Shown here piece after piece: positions 29,703-38,154 of a DNA stretch of 61,140 nt. Source of the DNA: a virus (Duplodnaviria > Caudoviricetes). Under the pieces are notes generated by a model that was not told the DNA's origin, made no database searches, and saw nothing but the letters and a program-made list of their open reading frames with translations. The stretch spans positions 1 to 61,140 of IMG/VR virus record IMGVR_UViG_3300011113_000522; one strand, written 5' to 3'. Position 1 is the stretch's first letter. Each line of letters begins with the position of its first letter. Position numbers and translations under genes: made by a program.

Positions 29703-30245
29703 ATGATACGACTTAAAACATTGATTCGAGAAATGACTGGAAGTGATTTGAAACGTATCTTACAAAAAATTAAAAATAAACAATTTAAACTTTTCGGCCA
29801 AGGCGATAACGGCCGAGTTTATGAAATTGATGGCGAAGATAAATTGTTTAAAATAACCACCGAATCAGAAGAATATCGAGTAGCTGAAAAAATTGTTGAT
29901 CGATATACACAATTTACAACGTTTATTCCAGTATATTATGTCGATGGTAATAACATGTACATTATGGCAAATGCTGATCGATTGTCTCGGAATCAAGAAA
30001 CTGCAATAAATCAATTTATTGCTAGTTATAAAACTTATGCACGCGATCAAGGAGGTGAAGTTTCTATATTTGAATATTTAGATGCCGATGGAGGTCGAAA
30101 TACGGATATACAAGTTGCTAATTTTTTACGAGCTTTGCAACGAGATATTCAAAAAATAGATATTCCTGATCTAGATTTAGATTTAGATTTTAAAACTGAT
30201 AACGTTATGATATGGAATAATAAACTAGTTATGATTGATTGGTAA
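29703..30245 (+). CDS. Minimal protein-kinase-fold enzyme
   Basis: FGQGDNGRVY Gly loop, LFKIT lysine, DFKTDN catalytic loop, terminal IDW. Confidence 0.7.
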   Translation: MIRLKTLIREMTGSDLKRILQKIKNKQFKLFGQGDNGRVYEIDGEDKLFKITTESEEYRVAEKIVDRYTQFTTFIPVYYVDGNNMYIMANADRLSRNQETAINQFIASYKTYARDQGGEVSIFEYLDADGGRNTDIQVANFLRALQRDIQKIDIPDLDLDLDFKTDNVMIWNNKLVMIDW

Positions 30246-30272
30246 CGTATATTTATATAAAAGAATGTAATT

Positions 30273-32618
30273 ATGTCAATGCTTTTAGAAAATCTCATAC
30301 GAACATACTTAATTGAAGGACGTACGGTCGCTAAAATACGCGGTGCATCTGCAAAAGATACTGCAGCAGCTCGTGCTGCAGGAGCGGTATATGCATACAA
30401 TGTTTTAGTTAAAGGGACTAAAAATCAAGATGAAATTATTGATTTAGTTCAAGCGGCAACATTAGCATCTACTGGCGTTGACACAGAAAATAGAATAGCA
30501 GTTGGACAGTCTAGCAAATTTGCACGTGGTGATTATGTTTATGTAATGAGTGACCCATTACCGAAAAAACGACAAATTATCGTTGTAAGAATTTTTAAAT
30601 TAACTGATATTACAAAAAATCATCTCAATTTCACGAATGTTATAGCTAGTTATGAACTTGCTGGAAGTATCGGAGGAGCTGATTTTTTTACTGCAACTAT
30701 GTTTAAACAACTCTTAATTGGCGAAAAACAAGATACAACTCCCGTTGATGATTTAAAAAGTAAAGATTCAGAGGCAAGTGATGTAATTAAACAGGCATCT
30801 GACTTGTTAGCAGGAAATGAACAAGTTACAAATCATGAATTAAAACGTGATGGTATAGTTGTTGGTAAATTCAATGGTACTATAGATAAAAATGGATTAC
30901 CGCTTGAAGGAAAAGCAGAGTTAAATGATGGACAAGTATTTGATGGTAAATTCAAAGATGGTAAATTTATTACTGGTTCTTGCAAGCAAATAATATCTAA
31001 TGGTGATATTTTTGAAGGTGAGTTAACGGATGGTGTACCAACTGCAAATGTTACGCATCATATAACAAAACCGGATGGTAAGTATTATGAAGGTACAGTT
31101 AATTCAAGCTTTTTACCTATTGACGGTAGTGTATATTCATCATCTGCTAAAACCGAAAAGATTGGTGATTTTATATTAGGAGCATGGACTGCAGTTGAAA
31201 AACCTTTATTTACTAATCAACAAATTATTGATGCAACAAACTCATCAAAATATAGTGATGCAACAAAATATTTTCAACAGCTGATGGTTGATAAAATTGG
31301 TACTCAACCTGAAATTGTTTCGTTACTTGCGGATACGGATAATAATATGAGTAATACATATACTAAAGTAAAAAACAACGTTGATGGTAAATGGGGTGAC
31401 AATTCTAAATCATTAACAAAAGATATGCAATTCATATTAGGATTACCAGAAACTGGTATTGTTACTTCTGATTTCATAGATAAAATTGCTAACTTTGACA
31501 AACAAACGGTATCATCTACAGAAACAACAAAAACAGAATCTATATTAAATGTAAAAAATACGTTGTTAGAGCAAATTGATCTAGATTCGATTAGAAAACG
31601 AGCGGCTATTAGAAAAGTTACACCACCGCCGCCGACACCAAAACCTAAACCAACGCCGACACCAAAACCAAAACCTAAACCTAAACCAACGCCGACATCA
31701 TATAAAGATCAATATATTTTACAAAAAGATTATGAACTTCAATACGTCAAAGGTTCAGCTGATAAATTTTTGTCTGCATTAAAAGCTTGGGAGTCTCCTG
31801 CAGGTTATGCAAGTTCAATGGGATGGGGCGAAACACCTAGTACCAGATCGTTTGCGAAACAAAAAATATTTGATCGTAAAACAATTAAAATACCAAAAGG
31901 TACTATAGTATATATACAACCCGGTAAAGTTATTATTAATGTACCAAGTGAAAGTGATACAGGTGGTATTATACCCAATTGGCATTTTGAATTTACATAT
32001 ACGGATAATTTCTTAAGAACAAATTCATATTATAACATATGGAAACAATACGATACCCAACAAAAACAAGAGTGGAAGACTGCAAAAAAGTTAGGAATTC
32101 AAAACGTTAAATTTGCGGAACCAAAATATCAAAATGATAAATTAATCAAATTTTTGAAAACATTGAATCCATTAGTTCAAAACAGAATAAAATTTGAAAA
32201 AGAATTGTCTAAAGAACAAAGAATTCAATTGAATGATGAGTTTAATCGATGCATACAAATTGCGAAAGATTTTTATGAATTATTTGAAAAAAATCCTAAA
32301 AAATATTTTGGTCGTTATAAAGGTTCATCATGGATTCCAGGAGACCAAGATTTACCCGGAGCATTGAACTATTTGCAAGATGCTGTTAGGGATGCATATG
32401 AAGATGAATTTAAATTATTAACAAAATCAAGCAATTTAGATATACAAAATAATGTAAAAAAATTACACGATATATATACTGGCGTACAACAATATATAAT
32501 TGATTTAATTAGAACTAACGGAAATAAACGTTTAATTACAACGTTTAGAATTAAATTAGTTCATCCATATGATTCAAAGAAGAATACTAACGTAACAATT
32601 AAGTTTGATTATTTATGA
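30273..32618 (+). CDS. Multidomain protein: MORN-like repeats, peptidoglycan-binding-like motif, Pro/Thr/Lys linker, shared C-terminal domain
   Basis: DGQVFDGKFKDG, NGDIFEGEL and DGKYYEG repeats; VDGKWGDNS...LGLPETG; PTPKPK linker. Confidence 0.7.
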   Translation: MSMLLENLIRTYLIEGRTVAKIRGASAKDTAAARAAGAVYAYNVLVKGTKNQDEIIDLVQAATLASTGVDTENRIAVGQSSKFARGDYVYVMSDPLPKKRQIIVVRIFKLTDITKNHLNFTNVIASYELAGSIGGADFFTATMFKQLLIGEKQDTTPVDDLKSKDSEASDVIKQASDLLAGNEQVTNHELKRDGIVVGKFNGTIDKNGLPLEGKAELNDGQVFDGKFKDGKFITGSCKQIISNGDIFEGELTDGVPTANVTHHITKPDGKYYEGTVNSSFLPIDGSVYSSSAKTEKIGDFILGAWTAVEKPLFTNQQIIDATNSSKYSDATKYFQQLMVDKIGTQPEIVSLLADTDNNMSNTYTKVKNNVDGKWGDNSKSLTKDMQFILGLPETGIVTSDFIDKIANFDKQTVSSTETTKTESILNVKNTLLEQIDLDSIRKRAAIRKVTPPPPTPKPKPTPTPKPKPKPKPTPTSYKDQYILQKDYELQYVKGSADKFLSALKAWESPAGYASSMGWGETPSTRSFAKQKIFDRKTIKIPKGTIVYIQPGKVIINVPSESDTGGIIPNWHFEFTYTDNFLRTNSYYNIWKQYDTQQKQEWKTAKKLGIQNVKFAEPKYQNDKLIKFLKTLNPLVQNRIKFEKELSKEQRIQLNDEFNRCIQIAKDFYELFEKNPKKYFGRYKGSSWIPGDQDLPGALNYLQDAVRDAYEDEFKLLTKSSNLDIQNNVKKLHDIYTGVQQYIIDLIRTNGNKRLITTFRIKLVHPYDSKKNTNVTIKFDYL
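31620..31697 (+). repeat. Pro-Thr-Lys coding repeat (linker)
   Basis: Repeated ccgacaccaaaacc/aaacct units encoding PPPPTPKPKPTPTPKPKPKPKPTPT. Confidence 0.8.
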
Positions 32619-33382
32619 TACGATTAACGCATTTACTTACAGAACAAACCGACGCTGTTAAGTTTTGTAAAAAAAATATTTTATCTAAACCACAGTTTTC
32701 TAAAGAAAAATGGAGTGAAATTGGCGTATGGGGAAATCGAAATATTGCTGGCACTTCAACAAAATCTCAGCATGCAGTTGGAAATGCTATTGATTGGCAC
32801 GGAGCAAAAGGTGTCGGCGATCCGGTTATGCAAGAATTAGCAGATTATTTAGTAGCAAATCATTCTGTATATTCTGCTGAAAATATAATCTACAATAGGC
32901 GCATTTGGAATTCTCCAAAAGGCTGGCACGTATATAAAGGAGAAAATCCACATATAGATCATGTACATATTGATTTTAAAACTACCGCTAAATTAAAAAA
33001 TAACAATGTTCAAAAAAACAATGACATTGTGCAACAAGCGCTATGGGATATGTATAATAAAACAACAAAAAATCCCGAAAAATATTTTAAACAATATAAA
33101 GGCCAATGGTGGATACCTGGAGATGATAAACCAGAAGCTGCTGCAAAAAAATTAAAAAGTTTATTTTTTAATACGTGGTATGATCGTTTACTTAAAATAT
33201 ATTCATTTGGTACTGCTGAAGATAAAAAAAATATCAATTGGTTAACTAAAGCCGTTAACGATGTAGCAAAGTTAATTGAAACTGGCCAGTCTGGACAAGT
33301 TCCTGTAAAATTTTTAAAATGGAATGCACAAAATCAAACATATAAATTAATCAAGCAAAAGTTCAATTGGACTTATATGTAA
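32615..33382 (+). CDS. Zn peptidase of the M15/Hedgehog-DD-peptidase fold plus shared C-terminal domain
   Basis: SQHAVGNAID and HIDHVHIDF zinc-ligand motifs. Confidence 0.7.
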   Translation: MIRLTHLLTEQTDAVKFCKKNILSKPQFSKEKWSEIGVWGNRNIAGTSTKSQHAVGNAIDWHGAKGVGDPVMQELADYLVANHSVYSAENIIYNRRIWNSPKGWHVYKGENPHIDHVHIDFKTTAKLKNNNVQKNNDIVQQALWDMYNKTTKNPEKYFKQYKGQWWIPGDDKPEAAAKKLKSLFFNTWYDRLLKIYSFGTAEDKKNINWLTKAVNDVAKLIETGQSGQVPVKFLKWNAQNQTYKLIKQKFNWTYM

Positions 33383-33386
33383 AGTT

Positions 33387-33869
33387 ATGAAACGAAATCA
33401 TTTTCACAGCGCTGGAAATTCAAAACGCGCTAATGCTCTTAAACATGGTTATAAATCTGGCCTAGAACATACAGTATCAGAACAAATCAAACAAACGCCA
33501 TATGAACTTCGATATGAAGCAGAAACATTGAATTACATAGTACCAGAACGACGAGCAAAATATACTCCAGATTTTGTATTTACAAAACGTAATGGCGGCA
33601 CTATGTATATTGAAACAAAAGGACGTTGGACTACTGCAGATCGTACTAAAATGAAACATGTTTTACAATCAAATCCTGGAATTGATATACGTATGGTGTT
33701 CCAAAATCCTAATCAAAAATTATCAAAAACATCTCCAACTACATATCAAGCATATGCTCATAAGCTAGGTATTCAACATGTTGCAAAGAAAGATATTCCT
33801 GCGGAATGGTTTGCAGAATGCGTAAAATCTGGCGAAGAACCAGCAAATCCAAAACGTTTTTTTGTTTAA
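33387..33869 (+). CDS. Endonuclease I (T7 gp3-like Holliday junction resolvase)
   Basis: GYKSGLE, YTPDF, IETKGRW...DR.K, DIRMVF. Confidence 0.88.
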   Translation: MKRNHFHSAGNSKRANALKHGYKSGLEHTVSEQIKQTPYELRYEAETLNYIVPERRAKYTPDFVFTKRNGGTMYIETKGRWTTADRTKMKHVLQSNPGIDIRMVFQNPNQKLSKTSPTTYQAYAHKLGIQHVAKKDIPAEWFAECVKSGEEPANPKRFFV

Positions 33870-34015
33870 GGTTTGTTTTTTGAAATATTTTTAATATATT
33901 CATGTAAGTTAATGAAATTTATTTTATTAATAGATTGAAGAATTTATTGATTCAATCGTTAAGCCAGTAATGAAATGTATGTGCTTAACATATATTATAT
34001 ATTAATTATATTCAA

Positions 34016-34044
34016 TTGGATTCCTTACAGTTTTTTATTATAAT
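34016..34044 (+). promoter_or_regulatory. Putative early/middle promoter TTGGAT-N17-TATAAT
   Basis: Perfect -10 box, 17-nt spacer, 5 nt before the primase GTG. Confidence 0.7.
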
Positions 34045-34049
34045 ATAGT

Positions 34050-34991
34050 GTGAAGAATCTTAAACTGTTACAATTATTAGAATCAGTTTTAGGTAAAGGA
34101 AAATCTACTTCCGGCAATAACATTGCATTCTTTTCTCCATTTACTTCACATTACAAACCAAAATTAGAAATTGACGTTAATACTAATCATGCAGGAGAAA
34201 ATCCATGGCATTGTTGGATATCTGATAAAAAAGGTCGAAGCATTTCTAGTTTATTCAAGCAAATGGGCTTGTCAAAAGAATGGTTTGAACAGCTTTCAAA
34301 AATAATTGAATCTGCTAGATATCGAAATACTGCAGAAATAAAATCAACGGTAACATTAGCATTGCCAGAACATTATGTTCCATTATGGAATAAAAAAAAT
34401 ACGCCTGATTATCGCAATGCAATTTATTATTTGCAGCAACGAGGTGTTGCAATATTAGATATTTTAAAGTATCGAATTGGATATTGCGAACAAGGAGAAT
34501 ATTCTGGCAAAATAATTATTCCTAGCTATGATGATGCAGGACAATTAAATTATTTTGTATCTCGAGCATTTTATCGAGCAGACAAACAAAAACATAAAAA
34601 TCCTAAAATATCAAAAGATATCATTGGATTTGATTTGACTATAAATTGGTCACAACCTATCATTCTTTGCGAAGGTGCGTTTGACGCAATTGCAATTAAA
34701 CGCAATGCAATACCGTTATTTGGTAAAATTATTCAACCGGCATTACAAAAGAAAATCATTGAAAAACGTGTACGAGATATCTATATTTGCTTAGATGCTG
34801 ACGCACTTCGCAATGCGGTGCAAATTGCAGAACGATTCATGGCAGAAGGATTAAATGTTTATTTTGTGCGATTGCAAGATGCTGATGCATCAGAATTAGG
34901 TTTTGAACAAATTACAAAAATTATTAACGATACTGATATATTAACATTTGAAGGCATTATGGCTCTCAAAATGGACATGTTATGGACATAA
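34050..34991 (+). CDS. DNA primase (TOPRIM)
   Basis: WHCWIS Zn-ribbon remnant, YLQQRG, IIIPSYD..G.LNYF, CEGAFDA, ICLDADA. Confidence 0.85.
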   Translation: MKNLKLLQLLESVLGKGKSTSGNNIAFFSPFTSHYKPKLEIDVNTNHAGENPWHCWISDKKGRSISSLFKQMGLSKEWFEQLSKIIESARYRNTAEIKSTVTLALPEHYVPLWNKKNTPDYRNAIYYLQQRGVAILDILKYRIGYCEQGEYSGKIIIPSYDDAGQLNYFVSRAFYRADKQKHKNPKISKDIIGFDLTINWSQPIILCEGAFDAIAIKRNAIPLFGKIIQPALQKKIIEKRVRDIYICLDADALRNAVQIAERFMAEGLNVYFVRLQDADASELGFEQITKIINDTDILTFEGIMALKMDMLWT

Positions 34992-37900
34992 AAAAAATTG
35001 AAACTAGAATTGAAAGGATTGATAAAATCTTTCATATATCCGATGTACATATACGTACGTTAAAGCGACACGCTGAATATCGTCAAGTATTTAAAAATTT
35101 ATTTGATTATATTAAAGCAAATAGTACTGCAAATAGTATTGCAGTTGTGACAGGTGATATTGTTCATAGCAAATTAGATATGTCTCCGGAACTAGTTCAG
35201 ATGTTAGTCGATTTCTTCAATGAATTCACAATTCCTACGATTGTTATTTTAGGCAATCACGATATGAATTTGAACAATATGCATCGGGTTGATGCAGTTA
35301 GTCCAGTTTTAGATGTAATTAAAAATCCTAACATTCATTTTATTAAAGACAATGGTTTATTTGAATTAGGCGGGGTTACTTGGAATCATATGGCAGTCGA
35401 TAAAACTCCTGCAGAATACGTACGTGCAAAAGATTTCGTAGCATCTTATAAGATTGCATTGCATCATGGTGCCGTAAATACTGCTCGAACTGATATTGGT
35501 TATCAAATATCAAATGAACATGTTGGTGTTGATTTATTTGAAGGACATGACATTACGTTGTTAGGTGATATTCATAAACCAGCACAGTTTTTAGATGATG
35601 CACGTACAGTTGCATATCCTGGTTCACTTATTCAACAAAATCATGGCGAAGCACTAGATCATGGCATTTTGGTTTGGGATGTAGAACGACGCAGTGCAGA
35701 TTTTGTGCAAATTGAAAACGATTATGGCTATGTAACTATAGAAACTCAAGGCTCTACAATTATATCTTCGCCCCACCGTATGCCAAAACGTCCGCGCATT
35801 CGCATCAAGTTTAATGAAACGAGTGCAGCAGATATGAAACGGTTGATTGCAACAATTCGAAAAAAATATCAAGTAGAAGACATTACAATTCAACGAACTA
35901 TAGGAGCTGCAGCAACTAATGCATCTTCTAGCTTAGCAATTGGAAATGTTCGCGATGTTGAATATCAAAACACCTTATTAACAGAATATATTGATGCAAA
36001 TTATCCACAAGCTACGCCGCAAGAAGTTGATGCTATTAGACACATCAATCGCACAATAAATTCAAAATTGCCAGCAGTAGAATCGATACGACATACTACA
36101 TGGCATCCTATATCATTTGAATTTGATAACATGTTTTCATATGGAGAAGGAAATATATTAAACTTTGATAAACTTTCTGATGTATGTGGACTTTTTGCTG
36201 CAAACGCATCTGGCAAATCAAGTTTACTTGATGCAATTACATACACTATATTTGATAAATGCAGCAAAACAAGCAAAGCAAATGAAGTATTAAACAATAA
36301 AAAAACATGGTTCCGAGGTGTATTTCGTTTTGAGATGAATGGCATAACATATACTATCGAACGACGTGGCACTCAAAATAAAAAGAAAGATACGCACGTC
36401 AAAGTCGATGTAGATTTTTATACTGATTCAGAAAATTTAAATGGCGAAGAACGCAGTGAAACAAATAAAAACATTCGTCGCTATTTAGGCACATATGATG
36501 ATTTTATTTTAACGGCATTTTCATTGCAAGCAGATAACAATAATTTTATTGAAAAGTCACAAAAAGAACGCAAAGATTTGTTATCGCAGTTTTTAGATAT
36601 TACGGTATTTGAACAATTGTATCAACTTGCTGCAGATGAAATCAAAGAAACTGCAGGCCGATTAAAAGATTATAAAAAAACAGACTTTGCTGAAATTATC
36701 GTACAAGCTGATGCAGTAATTACAGAAAATCAAGATACAATCATTTCATTAGAACAGCTTGAAGATCAACAACAAGATCATCGAAATACATTGCAAGAAC
36801 AAATTGTAAGTCTCATTGAAACTAAATTGCCAACAACATACGATGGACCGAATATCAAAGAATTACAATTGCAAGAACGTGCTTTGATTGCTAAGATTGA
36901 GTCAATTCAAACCGAAATAGAATCTGCAGAACAAGAATTAGAAACATTGTCAGAAACAATTGATATATTAGAAACACAATTGGCTGAAATTGATGTAATT
37001 GCAATTCAAGAACAAACACAACAATATCAAACATTAGAATCTAAAGTAAATACTCAACTACAAAAATTTAGACAACATCAGGAGCAAGTAAATGCAAAAC
37101 AAGAAAAAATTAAACATCTCGAATCTCATGAATATGATCCAAACTGCAAATACTGTACATCTAACGTTTTCGTGCAAAATGCAATGGAAGCCCAAAATAC
37201 AATTGATTCGGATAGAGTGTTATTAGAAGAAATGCAACAACTCATTGAAGTTGCAAATGTAGAATTAAATCAATTACGTCCTGTATTTGATACGGTCGAT
37301 CAATATAACAAATTAAAATCTGACATTGCAACTAAAAAAATTACATTAGAACGCAATGAATTGCAACTTCAAATTTTAGAAAGTGATTTACAAACAAGAG
37401 AATCGGAATTAGAAACTACGATTGAACGGCAAGAATCATTTAGAAAAAACGAAACAGCAATTACACACAATCAACTAATTGATTCTTCAATTGAAGAATG
37501 TAAAACTAAAATTGCATCTTGTTCTCAACAAATCAAAATAATTCAAGATCAAATCAAATCATTGTTTGGGTCAATTGAAGTTGCACGTACAAATAAAAGT
37601 TCTGCAATAGAACAATTGGAACGCTATCGACAACTCGAAACAGAATACAAAGCATATGAGTATTATTTAGAATCAGTTAAACGCAATGGCATTCCGTATG
37701 AATTAGTTGCAAAAGCTATTCCTAAAATTGAGTCTGAAATCAATAATGTTCTCAATCAAATTGTTGAATTTAATATGGTGTTAAATACCGATGGCAAAAA
37801 TATCAATGGATATATTATTTACGATGAAGATAATTATTGGCCATTGGAATTAACATCCGGTATGGAACGATTTATTTCATCACTAGCAATTCGCATTGCA

Positions 37901-38128
37901 CTTATCAATGTTTCGGCATTGCCTCGTCCTAATTTTATTGCGATTGACGAAGGCTGGGGTTCATTAGATGCAGAACATATTTCTTCAGTAGTAAATTTAT
38001 TTGAATATTTTCGTACAAAATTTGATTTTTCAATCATTATATCACACGTTGATTCTATGCGCGATATGGTTGATAATTTAATTGAAGTTAACAAACAAAG
38101 CGGATTCAGCAAGATTAGTTGTGTGTAA
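34982..38128 (+). CDS. Fused Mre11/SbcD nuclease and Rad50/SbcC ATPase (T4 gp47+gp46-like)
   Basis: SDVHI, TGDIVH, GNHD, LGDIH, YPGS phosphoesterase motifs; ANASGKSS Walker A; CKYC hook; TSGME signature; IDEG; IISH. Confidence 0.9.
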   Translation: MDIKKIETRIERIDKIFHISDVHIRTLKRHAEYRQVFKNLFDYIKANSTANSIAVVTGDIVHSKLDMSPELVQMLVDFFNEFTIPTIVILGNHDMNLNNMHRVDAVSPVLDVIKNPNIHFIKDNGLFELGGVTWNHMAVDKTPAEYVRAKDFVASYKIALHHGAVNTARTDIGYQISNEHVGVDLFEGHDITLLGDIHKPAQFLDDARTVAYPGSLIQQNHGEALDHGILVWDVERRSADFVQIENDYGYVTIETQGSTIISSPHRMPKRPRIRIKFNETSAADMKRLIATIRKKYQVEDITIQRTIGAAATNASSSLAIGNVRDVEYQNTLLTEYIDANYPQATPQEVDAIRHINRTINSKLPAVESIRHTTWHPISFEFDNMFSYGEGNILNFDKLSDVCGLFAANASGKSSLLDAITYTIFDKCSKTSKANEVLNNKKTWFRGVFRFEMNGITYTIERRGTQNKKKDTHVKVDVDFYTDSENLNGEERSETNKNIRRYLGTYDDFILTAFSLQADNNNFIEKSQKERKDLLSQFLDITVFEQLYQLAADEIKETAGRLKDYKKTDFAEIIVQADAVITENQDTIISLEQLEDQQQDHRNTLQEQIVSLIETKLPTTYDGPNIKELQLQERALIAKIESIQTEIESAEQELETLSETIDILETQLAEIDVIAIQEQTQQYQTLESKVNTQLQKFRQHQEQVNAKQEKIKHLESHEYDPNCKYCTSNVFVQNAMEAQNTIDSDRVLLEEMQQLIEVANVELNQLRPVFDTVDQYNKLKSDIATKKITLERNELQLQILESDLQTRESELETTIERQESFRKNETAITHNQLIDSSIEECKTKIASCSQQIKIIQDQIKSLFGSIEVARTNKSSAIEQLERYRQLETEYKAYEYYLESVKRNGIPYELVAKAIPKIESEINNVLNQIVEFNMVLNTDGKNINGYIIYDEDNYWPLELTSGMERFISSLAIRIALINVSALPRPNFIAIDEGWGSLDAEHISSVVNLFEYFRTKFDFSIIISHVDSMRDMVDNLIEVNKQSGFSKISCV

Positions 38129-38154
38129 TATTTATATAAAAGATATTTTGCACA

